DNA of 64,000 nucleotides, taken from Sarea resinae (Eukaryota). The notes under the pieces were generated by a model. The model had not been told where the DNA came from, searched no databases, and was given only the letters and a program-made list of their open reading frames with translations. The translations under genes and the position numbers were made by a program. The stretch spans positions 186,001 through 250,000 of the forward strand of contig JAPEUD010000011.1 of assembly GCA_026026165.1 (NCBI GenBank). Reading direction: 5' to 3'. Shown one piece after another: positions 37,942 to 51,825 of this stretch; within the stretch, counting starts at the first letter, position 1; the number at the start of each line of letters is the position of its first letter.

Positions 37942-40373
37942 TCATTCCTCGTCGTCCTCTACGCTCTCGTCCTCGCTCGCGTCATCTTCCATACCATCCA
38001 GCATATCATCACCAGCCCGCCCACGCTCCTCCTTCCTCTTCCTCTCCTCCTCTCTTCTACCTTCTTCAAGGAGCTTAGCCTTCTCCTCCCTCGTCTTTCG
38101 CTGCCCGACCACGAACGCCCCTAGAGGACTCTTCTCCCACTCGACATCCTTGAGGAATCCTTCGACTCCAGCCCGGTCATTGGGCGCGAAATCAACCTTT
38201 GCTCGCCTCTCTTCGATCCATTTCCCGTTGGCTTCGAGCTTCTGCACCACCAGGCCTATTGCGGAGTTCACCTTGCCATTCTTATTTCCTGAACCTTTCT
38301 TCGAGACGTCCTTGAGCCATCTTTTGAGCATAACCGTCACAGGCAAGGCCAGTTCCGGAAAAGCGATACTCTTCGTCCAGAGGACAAAGAATTCGGCCAT
38401 TAGCTCCGCAACCTGCTCACCAATGCCATCCTGGTACACTCGGGTCGAGAGATACGACTTCGGCGCTCTGATCGAAGTGGCGAAATCCAGACTCTTCAGC
38501 GTGCTGGGTTTTGGGGGCTTCTTCATCTCGGCCGAATTGAGCACTTCAAGAAGAGCAGGGGCCAGTGGTATATAAGTCCCGGTGGCTAGAGACAATCGGA
38601 GTAAAGCCCGCACGAGCTGGAAGCGGAGGGGGAAATATTGAGCGGTTGGAATGAGACGCATGGCACCGAGAGTTATTTGTACCGTCGGATATATAAGCGG
38701 ACGCAGGAGTGATTCCTTGCCGGCCTCTGCTTCCTTCAAAGCTTCGCAATGAGAGGAGAGCACACGCGACCAGAAATCGAGAGAATGAGCGTATTGCCAG
38801 TTGTATATGGTTTTGTAAGAATCCTAACACTGTCAGATAAATAGCAGGCCGCTGGGCATTCAAAGACCATACCTTTGTTGGTTTTGTGATGCTTCCACGC
38901 AAGTGGATGGCCAGCTGGCGAATGAATGTGAATCCCGTCGTATATCCCACGCTCTGGTCCAGACCCCAAAGCTCGGCGGCAGAGTTCTTCATGAGATTGA
39001 CTCCCTGAATAGTGTGAACAGTCGTATTCCGACTGCCCCTGACCAAACCCTGGTAGACGGTTTTCAAAACAGCCTCCCGCAACCCGGGGTCACCAATGAC
39101 AGTTAACCGGCGGATCACGAGGAAGGCTGTGATCCGTGATGCCTCGGTGTTGGATGAATCTGACCAGATCTCTACCACTGTCTTGACCAAGTTTCGCAAC
39201 AGTTTCTTGAACGAAAGAAGATATGGCAGCAAGGGCAAGAGCGAAGATAGTGTCAACCGGAGTGTTGAAGCGTCTGAAAGTACTCCAAGGAGATGCTGGA
39301 CTGAAGTAGCGTGTGACTTGAGGAGTGGTGTAAGGGTTCGATACTTTTTAGAGTCCGTGGAAACCCGACTTTGTTGATATTAGCGTCCATTTCTTGATTA
39401 TGAGAGAGACGATACATACACTTTTCCAGAGGCACTCTCTTTCACCGGTAAGTGATGGTTCAGAACATCAGGTACATTCTTGAGAGCGATGATCAGAAGC
39501 TCATGATATACTACACCGAGTCAGCGAGATCTTTGTCCAATGGGAAGAGACTGTACCATCGGGGTTGGAGATCGTGTACTTGTACTGCTTCCCATCTTCC
39601 TCATTGGCGTGCGCCGCCGCTCTGAAGGCTAGAACCACCTGCCGCATAGCGCGCAGAGAATGATTTTCTGACAGGGCTACCCTCCACTTCTTGACCATGG
39701 CCATCGTAACCTCCGTCTCATCAAAAACCTCATCTGATTCATTATCGGACTCCGGCTTCTCCTTCTTGGCCTTTTTCTGTTTCTTCTTCGGTGCCTCATC
39801 CTCGGAAGCGCTCAGTTGGTCCACTTCGGCCAAATCTCCGTCTTCTGCAAAGTCCAGAAGTTCGGCATCGTTCTCTTTCAAGTACTTGTAGAATTCTGGA
39901 TCTTTTTCGGCCAAGGCGTCCAGAGTTTCCCTATGCGCACCAAGACTATCACCTCCTTCGGACTCGGGCTCACTATCGCTGGCAACACCATTTTCCTCGA
40001 TCGATTCAACGGATGACATATCATCTTCTTCGTTGCGTTCGATTCGTTTCCTCTTTCCGGTCTTGGTCGTAGCGCCTTTGGTTTTCGAAGCCTTTTTGCC
40101 CTTTTTTGCAGGTTCTTCTGGAATGTCAAATCCGCCTTGTAAAAAATCATCGACGCTCATCTCCGCCAGTGGATTTGCGGGCGCCTCTTTCCCATTTCGC
40201 TCGGGAGCGGAGTCTTTTTCCTCTTCAGCGCGCGCTTTTGCATTTTTCGCCTTTTTCTTTGCATTGACCTGGTGTCGTTGCTTGATTTTGGCAAAATCCT
40301 TTCGCCGTTCGAGAGTATCTTTCAGATGCTTCTTCTCGAATTTCTTCGTCGACTTCTTTGACTGGCCAGCCAT
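37942..40373 (-). CDS. NOC2: Nucleolar complex protein Noc2, 3 introns
   Basis: KKSTKKFEKKHLKDTLERRK, LAEKDPEFYKYLKENDAELLDF, NLMKNSAAELWG, FIRQLAIHLR, YNWQY, LIYPTVQITLGAMRLIPTAQYFPLRF, SIAFPELALP. Confidence 0.96.
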
Positions 40374-40839
40374 GACGGATTACTGCGCCTGGAGGCTTCG
40401 TGCTTCTACTCCGCTGAGGTGGACAGATGTGGTGGGCTTGGGACTTGGGCCGACTTTCAAAAAGTCGAAATTCGACATTGAATGGGCGACGCTAAAGCGA
40501 GAGCCTCGGCAACCTCCGTCGACACCCACCTCAGCGGAGTAGAAGCACGAATTGCAGTACTCAATGGGTTACAGTCAATGCTTCACTTCCATAACTATGT
40601 AGGCATGTGGAAGGTGACTGGTCTTCTAATAAGTCATTATTACTACTATATAATCGCCTGCCATGCAAAATCATGTCCATCTTCGTACAAGACCAGCGAG
40701 GCTCTATCCAAAGCTCTAAAGTCCCGGCAACGATACGCTCCAAACGCCCTCATACTTCGTTTCGTATCGTTTATTGGAATCACCGCTTGTGCCGATATTC
40801 AAAAGCGCATCAACAGGCTTTCCGAATGCGAGACTGCTT

Positions 40840-42135
40840 CTAGCAGCACCCTCCACGCCGTCTCCGCCCACCACTCACGTCTACTCGGAAGACATCTTCC
40901 CACTCTCTCATCCCGCTCATCCAACCATTAGTATTACCGCGCGGCCTTGCCCTGCGTCGTCTTCGGCTACCTGCTCCATCCTCGAAAGTCATCCCGCTCT
41001 TGACGCTCCCACCATCGCTGGTTCCCGTTGCTCCTCTCCATGTGCCACTGTCCCCGTATTGGATGCCGCTTTGAGGGTCATCAGGGTCTATCTCCCCCAG
41101 CTCAATCTTTGTCAGAATCATGCGCGCAAGCCGCGAAAAGATCTCATCAACATTGTCTCCAGATAATGCCGAAACCTCAACAGAGACTGGGATGCTGGAC
41201 GCAGACGCCCAACGCGATGCCTCCTCCGCCGAGACCTCTCGCCCTTCAGGGGCTATTGTGGCGGTCCTTCGAGCTCCTAAGCCGGCGCCTGTTGCGGAGC
41301 TAACAGACCCAACAGGATTGATGTATGAGGATTTCCTACTGCTCACACTTGAAGGCGTGGTTGGTGGTAGAGAACCATCTACGAGTGATGGGTTATCCTC
41401 TGGCAGCTCATCCGATGCCAGATCGGCCTTGTTCCCAACGAGGAGCACGGTAAGGTTGGGCGACGCTAATGCACGAGCGTCACTCAGAAATGTAGGCAAG
41501 GCGTGGAAAGACGGATGCGAGGCGATATCGTAGACCAAAAGCGCTCCGGCAGCGCCGCGGTAATATGAGCGCGAGACGGACCGAAAGCGTTCTGTGCCCG
41601 CAGTATCCCAGAGCTTGACTTGGATCAGCTACAAGTTCCGAGGCTTACTTATGGGGATCATACTTGAAGCTTTATTCGTTTTCTGCGCGCGCCCGTGCCA
41701 ACTTTTATAATCTTTGACGAGAATTCGACCCCTATGGTTTGCGACGATAACACCCTCCCTGATTCCGTCAGCCGCATATCATGACGAGCAGTATTTGTAT
41801 CACGAACATTCATTTTTGACGAAGCGGTGAAGCAAGCAGGATCTGTAAGAAAAAAAAATTAGAGTAAATCCATGTAAGTTGACGCGCAAGTCTAGTCGAA
41901 CGATAGGTGCAGAGATTTGGATTGGCACTTACTTTCCAGTACCGCTTGGTCCGAGTAATATAATCTTGGCCAAGTAATCGTACATACTCCCTAATTCCTG
42001 CAAGAAAGCATGTCAGCGCAGTGCCATTGAGAGTACGGGAATGGCTCGGCATAGCTTGAGCGGGTGGCCAACCTGATCTCTCTCGGTGGCCGAGGAAGTT
42101 GTCGAAGCGGCCGAGGGCGCTCTTTGCCTTGCCAT
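40840..42135 (-). CDS. Rab-family GTPase, fungal Rab4/Ypt4-like, 4 introns
   Basis: MYDYLAKIILLGPSGTGKSCLLHRF, QTIGVEFSSKII, KLQ|LWDTAGTERFRSVSRSYYRGAAGALLVYDI, LVGNKAD, EVSAL, C-terminal GGCC prenylation motif. Confidence 0.9.
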
Positions 42136-43418
42136 GATGCTCAAAGCAGGCTGGCTACCAAAGAAGATCCGATCGTAAAGTATTAGAGAGGACGGTCTAG
42201 GCAATCGGGTGGATGAGCTGTCGATGTTTGGCAGTGATCATTCCTCTAGTACTCGGTAGCTATCAACTCCTTGGCGATCGATAGCGTCACGAGATAAACA
42301 ACTATTCCTCGATAACCACGAGACCTCGGAGAACGACCAGACATGTGCTAGAATGATATCTCCGAATGATCTTTGCGATCGTTCAGGAACTTTATCTGTA
42401 GATACCGATAGGACAATGTCTTATCAGGTTCATTGTGCTTGAATCTCATCGACTACATCAAAGAATGCACGAATTCGTACTACCCAATCACCGTGGTTTG
42501 CACTTTGCTAAGGTATCCACAAGAGCAAATTGTCGCGCACACACGATTGCCGGATACATATGACGGATTTCGCTCCGATCTTGAAATCATTCAGTGTCAC
42601 AACTTCTCAAATGTTTCTCTTCTCAAAATTGATTAGACAATACACTATCTATCCCGTCATCTCCTCCCTTTCCTTCCCAGCTCCTCGGTCCTGTTCTTTT
42701 TTTTGCCTGTCGGATAGAATCAGATAGGAAATAAGGAAAGATGAAGTGTAGGCAGAATAGACACAGGCGAGGGGAGTTGATCGAGCAAGAATGGGAAAAG
42801 CCGATCTGGCTTCATATTTTCAGGCCTCGACATTGGCGGGATTTCTGCTGGACGGGAAGATAGAATATGCTTAGGGGCTTGCGCGAACGGGAAGACGTTT
42901 CGGTGGGCATGGGTATTGAAAGATGATGAGAACAACGATCAATGGTAACAATGAAGCGAAGGTACGCAGAGGCAGGGGGGAGGGGCAGAAGGTGTGAACA
43001 TGAATTAGAGCAGAACCTGGCAGGAGAAGAAAATGAAAGAACTCCTTTCGCTAATGGGAAGTGGTGTGGTAAGGCAGTTCTTAAGAAGTTGAGATGAGGT
43101 AGGCTAAGTAGGTGATGCCGAGTGACCAACTATCTGCAGTCCATATTTTTGTGCCCAGGGACTGTATGCTAATGATAAGAAATGAATCAAGGAAACGAGG
43201 AAAGTACATTTTGCATTTTTGGAGCAGAAGCTCCAGACGAGAACAAGACCGAAAAGTTGATGCAACTTCCTGCGGTCTGATGATGAGAGCCAAGGATATT
43301 GAGTATCATAGAATAGACAAGCAGAAAGACAAACAGGCAGATAAAATATGCAGTTTCGATCTCGTCCATGACGAATTCGAGCGGATTCGACTCAACGAAT
43401 TAGATAGTATGCCTTAGT

Positions 43419-45503
43419 CTATAAGGCAACATCAAGCACCAAGCTCACATCGCGGACCTGCGAGCCGGCCAGATCTTCGAGGACGGGGATGAGATCGAGG
43501 AGCTCATTGTCATGCGCGTCCGAAAACCAGCTGCTGATAGGGACGGCATGTTGTGGGTGGAATATGTAAGAGGTGGGGGAGTTATCGATGATGATGGTTT
43601 CGCGCAGATCGCGACCGACTTGTGAGAGGTCCTAGAGCAGAGGCATTAGGAGAGAAATAAAAGGTGTGAATCTTTTGAAGGGGTCATACCTTGACATAAT
43701 TACCCTGGTGATTGTAGCAGCTTTCGCGGAATAGTCGATGATGAACCACATTATGAATGTCCAGTTGATCGAGCAATGGATCGCCGTACTACAATAGCGT
43801 TAGTGAGCGGACATGCTGTGCTTTCTGGCATGCATACCTTCGACACTGATGCCGTGAACACAACGACCTCGTACAACTCGCCAATTCGCCTCATGAACTG
43901 ATCAACTCCTGGGCGCTTGATGACGTAGACATTGTGATATTGGCCTTCAATTTCCACGGGAATGGTGAAATCGGCTTGATGAAGAATCTATGATCTTGTT
44001 TAGCCCACTGCGCAACTATGATGAGACGGAAAACTTACCTTGAAGCTGCTGTGAACCAATGTTTCGTCCAAATCAAGGACTAGACACTTCTTGCCCTTGA
44101 ATTCGGGCCGTATCGGCGGTAGTAACCACTGATGACTTTCATCTACATCCGCAACAGCAACTTCGTTGTTGACATCGGTGACGTTCCCAGCTTGAGCTTC
44201 ACGATTCGCGAGTGCTGGTGGCGGAGGCAAGGCAGTCTTCGCAGACCCTGCTACGTCCGCGCCGCGAGGCTGATCGACCATCTCACTTGCTTCAGGAGCT
44301 TGGGGTGGTACCGGTACTTCAGTGGTCGCCGCCACAGGAGAAGCTTCCGTCATCTCGATATCAGTGTCTCTTTTCGCCTGACGAGGCGTCCGGTCCGAGA
44401 TGGGCTGTTCCTCTTGAGGTGGCACTGGGGTCGGCGCTTCAACCGTGACCTTCACATCGGCAGGAGGAGGGAGGCCCTGAGTTGCGATCGTGGTCGAGTT
44501 GGAGTGGAGAGCATTGTCGGGTAACGGCGGTAACGGGGCATTCACCGACTTCGTCTGATTGGGCGCGTATTCTTCTCCTCCATCAACAGGCTCTCTCGTA
44601 CTATCGACAGTCTTTGCTTTATCCGTAGAAGCATCGCCTTGGGCGATACCCGCAGGTTGACCTTCCACCGTCGACTGCGTCGTATCTGAGGGCGGTACAC
44701 CGCCAAGTTTCTCATCAAGCGGCTCCTTTGCAGGCGGCTGTCCTTGCTCCCCAGCAGTCTTTTCTTCCTTGCCAACCGGAGTAGGCTGCCTCCCGCGAAC
44801 AGATCGAAGCTTGGTCGTCTTCCGCGCAGGTTCATCGTCTGCACCCTCGACCGGATGGCCGTGCTGCGGAACGCCGCAACAGTTCAGGACCGATAAAAAG
44901 CTAAAGAAGCCCCCTTTCTGGGGCTCTTCGAGGATAGTCTTATCTTGAAGATCCGCGCCATGGCTGGCTTGGCCCGAACCTTCACCGCCCGCCTTCTTTC
45001 CCCGTCGGAAGCCCAAACTGCTAGCTATGCTTCCGTTACGCCGCTTGTCTGATATGCTTCCTTTCGAGCCCCGGCTGATGCTGTCCGCAGGGTCGCTGAC
45101 AGTGGCCCCGGTCAGAGCTGTTGCCGTTGGTGAAGGTTCTTGGTTTGCATGCGACGAAGAACGCGACGGAACGGCCAGTAGGGATCGCTTCTTCTTCGGC
45201 TTCTCCGCTCCCGGGGCGAGTCCAGCATCTTTCTTCGGCGGTGACTGAGACTGGTCCGCGTCGGGGCCATTGCTCACGAGTGGCGTCGCCCTCGCTGATG
45301 AGCTGCGTTTTGGCGGGGTGGGGGATTGTTGTGTTCTGGAAGCAGTCGGATTGTCGTCCTGCGACCGTTGTGTCGTGGTGTCATCTGCCAATTATTGGTC
45401 AACAAGCCCATCTCCACGTAGATCCTCGACCATGTCTTTCCCATCACGAGTCTTCGGTAAAGCGAATGGGCAACATACTGGAGCGATTCTCTTGCAATGG
45501 CAT
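43419..45503 (-). CDS. PSR1: Psr1/2-like SCP/NIF-family (HAD) CTD-like phosphatase, 4 introns
   Basis: [95 protein letters not shown]; internal LNCCG lipidation-like motif. First mini-exon MPLQENRS is inferred. Confidence 0.88.
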
Positions 45504-47302
45504 TGAAGGGTCCGGGCCATTATTTGTTGTGCCTTTTCCCAACGCCGCAGCTGTGCCCAAGTCCCCACCAGAGGGCTGCTCGACGTTGTTACTCATTGAG
45601 GGCAAGCCAAAGCTTCCACGATCTTAGCAGTCGTAGAGTGCCTTGACGAACGATCTTGTCGTTCGAGCTTGTCCTTCTTCGACAGCTGTCCGACCGAGCA
45701 TCAAGGTGAGCTTTCGGCAACGACCCAGCTTTCCTTTGGCGGCGACCAGCTCTGACGATTGCAGATGCTCTGTTGCTTCGTGGGGAGGCGAAATTCCGAT
45801 GCGTCGAGGATCCCAGCAAGACTGATGTTCCAGATCTTTCAAGAACGTGACGACGAAGAAAGGAAGGGCCGCTTCTCAGGCCTGCGGCGTCGAAGGTTGC
45901 CTTGGGGGTTGGAAGGCTGGAAGGTGGTTGCGACCACCGCAGCAAGCGAGATTGGGAGTCGAAAGGATGTCCACGCGAGAGCCCGTGAGGCGGCAAGCGA
46001 ACGGACACTGCGGGCGGCTATGTGGCGAGGAGGTTTAAGTGGTTCAAAGAAGTGACAAAGTAGGAGTAGTAGGAAGTAGTCAAACCATCATCTTAAATCG
46101 ATCTTGAGCCTCTCTCTTCTCTTTGGATGGAGACGATGGGAGAGGACAAAGAATGCCACAAACGATCGGATCGATCTATTAGATCCCCAGGTGTGTCGGG
46201 TAGATTGAGGTGATGTGATGGGATGCGATGGGGTGCGATGTGATTTAATTTGGTATGATTGATGTCGTTGTCAATGGAAGAAGTATGCATCCGACGGCGA
46301 AGCAACAAAGAAGAGCGTTGGAGCAGATCTAGGGGAAGAGGATAAGGAGAAGGAGGATGAGCACGAAGGGTCATTTGACAAGAGCAATGATGATGATGAA
46401 TGAATGCATGGATGTATCCATTGCCATATCATTCGACCGAGGGACAAAACCAGAGACACGAGAATGGCCGGCACTTTAAGATGGGAGCGAGCACTCTACT
46501 ACGACGATTACCAGAATGGACGGACAGCCTACCTAAGGTACTTGACCTTGAGCTACGCAACCAAGCTCGACTCGAATGCCGTCGAGCAGAGCTGGTCAGA
46601 TGGGGATAGCTGGATGGATCCTCCCTGACACGGTGCGACCGAGTACCATCTGGAGTGGGGAGAAGGTCAAGTACTACGTAGTAAGGCAGGAGAGTGAGGA
46701 CCTTACTGGAGTCGGCGGTAGTTTGGACGGTGGTGGTAAGGCTCGTTCGCTCATCGTGATCTCCAGTCGGCAACGGCCGAGGAGATCTCGCTACATTGGA
46801 TGTTGACATCGATTGCTCACCGACTCCCACCATTCATGGCATAGCCATCAAGACATCATGCAGTAGAGTCGGTATCTATCTCACTTCATCTCATCTTTCT
46901 CCCATTACTCTCGCACGGGAGGGCGCTCTCGCTGCAGCAAGCCACGCTCCGGTCGGAGAGACCTACTACGGCGTACCCATCTCATGTAAAGGGCCGAGGT
47001 CGAGGCGAACAAAGGGCGGCGACATGATTGGGAGGGGAGCGGGGAGGGGGGAACCGTTCGGAGTTACGGTGAGTGTGGATTGGGACTTGGATTGGGATAA
47101 ATGTGATGGATGTGATGTGGGCGTGGTCGGTGTCTCTCGGTGGCCATTGGGACATGCAGACAAATACAGGCCCCCTAGTCGACAGGGTCGTCAGGGGTGC
47201 AAATCAAGGAAGCAGATTGACTCGACTCGGAGTAGCACGCTCTCGCATTCAGCAATGAGCACCTATGGGATTGCAGCGCACTCGCAGATCACCCGCTTTC
47301 GG

Positions 47303-47362
47303 CAGCGCCAGCACCAGCACCAGCGCCAGCACCAGCACCAGCACCAGCACCAGCACCAGCAC
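47303..47362. repeat. (CAGCAC)10 imperfect hexanucleotide microsatellite
   Basis: Ten units, two of them CAGCGC, read directly. Confidence 0.92.
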
Positions 47363-48547
47363 AAGGCACCACTACTGGCCAAGTCCCCTTCCTACTGCGC
47401 AGTAGAGAGAGCAGAGCAGAGCAATGACTACTCGCAAGGGGCAAGGACTCTTTGAAACTCTTTGGATGACTACTTAGTAACTTCATCGTGCATTGCGCAC
47501 TGCCCATCGATCCCTTCTTTGGACACTGATGTGTGCTGGAGCAGCTTCACGACACACGTGCTCGACGCCCACAGGCTCTCATCCGGGGTGTCCTGCTGGA
47601 GGCGTTGGAAAGCATCTAGAGTGCGTAGAACACCACGAAGCCACACTTTAAAACAGTACCAAGTACCGCAGCCAGTATGCGTGGCGCGTCAATGCTCTCA
47701 CCGCAACGAAGGTTCGGATTGTTCTCTTTACGTTGGGTCCGAAGGACTTGCTGATGCGACTGGCATTGGTTCCCCCAGTCCGTAAAAGACATCAGGGAGA
47801 AGGGAGCATGCCGGACCTCCAGGGCTGGTCCTAGCGATGATGATGATGAGAACCTCGAGCTGTATCTCTCGTGATTCGTGGCCATCATCAACTGCCCAGG
47901 TGTGAATGGAGATGGCTGAGGCGCCTACGACCTTGGGTACTAGGTATGCGCAGCTGCAAGCAATACTCGTCATGATGAAATGGTTGACGTTCTCTTAAGC
48001 GTGCATCGATGCAAGGAAGGCGGCTTTCATCCGCCATCGGCCATTCAAGCTGTCCGTCGGGCGGCAATAGGCGAAATCTCTCTTAGCAGACTGGCACGGG
48101 CGCTCATGTCCAGCGAGAGGTTGAGCTACCTCCGAGCAGCACACCCAGACGCCGTGACAGAAGTACTGGTACCAGACCACAGATGATGTGCGCCCCCAAT
48201 CGTGGGGTCAATCTGGGGTTGGCGGCCGAGTGTTCACATGCTCCCTCGCTATGCCGACCATCCCTCTTGTTGGAACGGAACGCCCGAACGGCATGCTGTA
48301 GGACGTAGGACCTTTTGCAGATGCTACCTTCTCTTCCACACTCTCCGATGTGATCAAGAGCACCTTGCCCGTATTTGACTATTCCTTTGCAATTCAAAGA
48401 CGACGACGAGATCGGCTTTGGGATCATTGTGTCGTTGAGGCCAGGACAATCGCTGATCCTGGAAAGATGCGTCCCGATCGATAGTGGCGGATCGTGATCC
48501 TCCCCATCTCCGTCGGCCGGGCTCGAAAACGAATTGATAACGGCGCC

Positions 48548-51236
48548 ATGGCTGCACACTCTACCATGCGAGGCTCGGAAGATCCTCTTCTCGTCCTCTA
48601 CAAGCATTATGCGAATCTCCTCCGCTCGCGCCTCAAGCGGTCATCCCGTGCGACCAGACTGTTAGCGATACTGTCCTTGCTCTCGGCAATAACAGCGACC
48701 GGCTATGGAGGCAAGAAATGGTGGCAGCGGCGGACGGCGGAGAAAGAGAGGGGTAATCGTCTCTTACGACGAAACTCGGGCCTACGAGGAAAGGATGGAT
48801 CGCGGACCATCTACGTGCCATATCGATCGTCAACGTCGAAAGTAACCATCTATCCTACCAAGCCGACCACTTTCGATGCTCATCGACGACTTTTCCTTAA
48901 CCCTCCTCGAGCGGCTGGGCTCAGCGACAGTCAAATCAATCCGCAGGCACCGCCACCCTTGACGAGACCGGGCCTGAACCTCGCCTTCTTACATCAGTTT
49001 CTGAGTCTGCTCAGTATTATGGTTCCCCGGTGGAACAGCAAGGAGACCGGGCTGCTGATCAGCCACGGCACATTCTTGATGCTGCGGACATATTTGTCTT
49101 TGGTCATCGCACGGCTCGATGGTGAGATAGTCAGAGATTTGGTGGCCGGAAATGGCAAGGCCTTTCTTTGGGGCATCGTCAAATGGTGCGGGATTGGGAG
49201 CTTTGCTTCCTATACAAATGCTACGATCAAATTCCTGCAATCAAAAGTCTCCATTGCATTCAGGACAAGGCTCACACGATATATCCACGACCTCTACCTT
49301 AACGATAATTTGAATTACTACAAGCTTTCGAATCTGGACGGCGGCGTTGGTGAGGGGGCAGATCAATTCATCACACAGGATCTGACTCTCTTTTGCGAAT
49401 CAGCGGCGGCGTTGTACTCGTCGCTCGGAAAGCCTTTTGTGGATCTATGCGTCTTCAATTACCAGCTTTTCCGCTCATTAGGGCCGCTCGCCTTGACCGG
49501 CCTTTTAAGTAACTACTTCCTCACGGCGTCCATTCTACGGAGACTATCCCCGCCTTTTGGCAAGCTAAAGGCAGTCGAGGGTCGTCGGGAGGGAGACTTT
49601 CGAGGTTTACACGCACGTTTGATTGCCAACGCCGAAGAAGTCGCCTTCTATGGCGGTGCGGACACGGAAAAGGTCTTCCTTGATAAGGGTTTCAAAGACC
49701 TGAAGACATGGATGGAGCGTATCTACAGTCTCAAGATCCGCTACAACATGCTTGAAGACTTTGTCTTGAAGTACTCCTGGTCCGCCTTTGGCTATCTCGT
49801 CACCTCCCTTCCCGTCTTCTTGCCAGCTTGGGGCGGTTTAGGTGGCGTTATGGAGCTTGGCGACATTGTCAAGAAGGAAGGCCGAGAAAGGGGGAGAATG
49901 AAAGAGTTCATCACCAATAAGCGGCTCATGCTCTCACTCGCCGACGCTGGCGGGAGGGTAATGTACTCTATCAAAGACCTCTCTGAACTCGCCGGATATA
50001 CTTCACGCGTCTACACACTGATCTCAACCCTCCATCGAGTCCACGCAGACGCATATTTCCCACCCAGCGGTGGGCACTCTGAGCTTTTCTCCCTCTCAGA
50101 TGTCCAGGGCACAATACACAAGGGGTTCGACGGCGTCCGACTTGAGCATGTACCCATCGTGGCCCCCAGTCTATTTCCTCTCGGCGGTGAAGAGCTGCTC
50201 GACTCCCTATCCGTGGTGGTCCACTCTGGTGAGCATCTCCTAATCACTGGCCCTAACGGCGTTGGTAAGTCAGCTGTTGCCCGCATCGTCGCCGGGCTAT
50301 GGCCCGTCTACCGTGGTTTGGTCAGCCGGCCTCGGAGTATCGGTATGGACGGTATCATGTTTCTCCCTCAAACACCGTATCTCACCACCGGCACCCTTCG
50401 AGACCAGGTCATTTACCCCCATACCGAGATCGACATGCGTGATAGTGGCCGTCGGGACCATGAGTTGACGAGAGTCCTGGAAGAAGTGCACCTTGGGTAT
50501 CTACCCGAGCGCGAAGGTGGCTGGGACTGCAGGAAGGAGTGGAAGGATGTCCTCAGCGGAGGCGAGAAGCAGCGAATGGCAATGGCGCGGCTGATGTATC
50601 ATGTCAGTATCCTTTTGTGCTCTTGCTGGTCATAGAATTGCACTGATACCATGGGACAGGAACCACGGTATGCTTTCATCGATGAAGGTACTTCTGCCGT
50701 CTCTTCGGACGTCGAAGGCCTTCTTTACGAAAAGGTAAAGGAAAAGGGCATCAGTAAGTCGACCCCGTTTCTCAAAGGTCGCATCAACGCAATGGGATTC
50801 AACTTTGAGCCTTTTATCTTGCCGTTTGCGGTCTCCGAATCTCATACCCTTGGCCCCACTGACCTGCGCTCGGGAAATAGCTCTCATTACCATCTCCACC
50901 CGTGCATCTCTTAAACGCCACCACACTTATACACTTTCACTTGGCCTCGGCCCCAATGGTGATGAGTGGTCCCTCGACCGTATCGGCACGGTTCAAGAGA
51001 AAACGAACACGGAACGAGAATTGCAAGCACTGAGGGAAAAGCTGGCAGGCGTAGAAGCGTTAAAGAAGAGGCGTGACGAGATTGACAGGGAGTTGGGGAA
51101 CGTGTGGGTTATGGGCGATGATGGAGAAGAGGGCCAGAGCGAGAGTGACGAGGGGAAAGGAAAGGCAAAGATATTGGAGGCACCGGGGTATATGGAGGAC
51201 GAAGAGACGGGAAAAGAGAGTGTAGATGATGCTTGA
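48548..51236 (+). CDS. PXA1: Peroxisomal ABCD-family fatty acyl-CoA half-transporter (Pxa1-like), 2 introns
   Basis: LRTYLSLVIARLDGEIVR, FRTRLTRYIHDLYL, EAA motif LIANAEEVAFYGG, Walker A GPNGVGKS, signature LSGGEKQR, Walker B AFIDEGTSAVS. The Pxa1 versus Pxa2 assignment is tentative. Confidence 0.85.
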
Positions 51237-51825
51237 GCCGGGATCGTGCATCCTCACTGCATCTGATGCTGGCATGCTACTTACGGTCTATCGTTTTGAT
51301 GTCTGATTACAATGTTGGTGGTGTTGAAAACATGCATGACTCGGCTGCCTGCCTGTCCCACCGAATAACCCTTTCACATATCACATATCTGGGATCTCCG
51401 AGGTCTTCCAAGATCATGGCATGGTTGTGTTGAGGTCGGCCACACCAGGCCAGTGAGTGTTGAGCTGTCGGCCTGTCAAGATGCATCCTCATGCTCGAGT
51501 CCGCATATGGCTTCGCCTTGTGATTTGTACGGCTAGAGGTGCCAGGTACCTCGTACAACGGTGCATCAGGTCTGGTGCAGGTCTGGTGTAACCGATCCAT
51601 CTCGATCAAGAGGTACGGTGTACTTGTGCTTTGTACTCGTCGATTGCGCAGAACCGGCAAACCGTGCAAACAGTGCAAACACCTTCCTAACAGGGCCCCG
51701 TGCCGTTCACGATAGTCTAATTCAATAGCACGAGACAAGGCAGCATCAGCAACGTTGCCAGCGACATGTCCAGAGCCTGAAATGAGCCTCGTCTTCCCCT
51801 GATCTCCTCTCCAAAGCCTTCCAAC

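Noticed and set aside
47836..47920. Possible C/D snoRNA (ATGATGA ... CTGA)
   Set aside because: The box C match is part of a GAT repeat; no terminal stem or recognisable rRNA guide.
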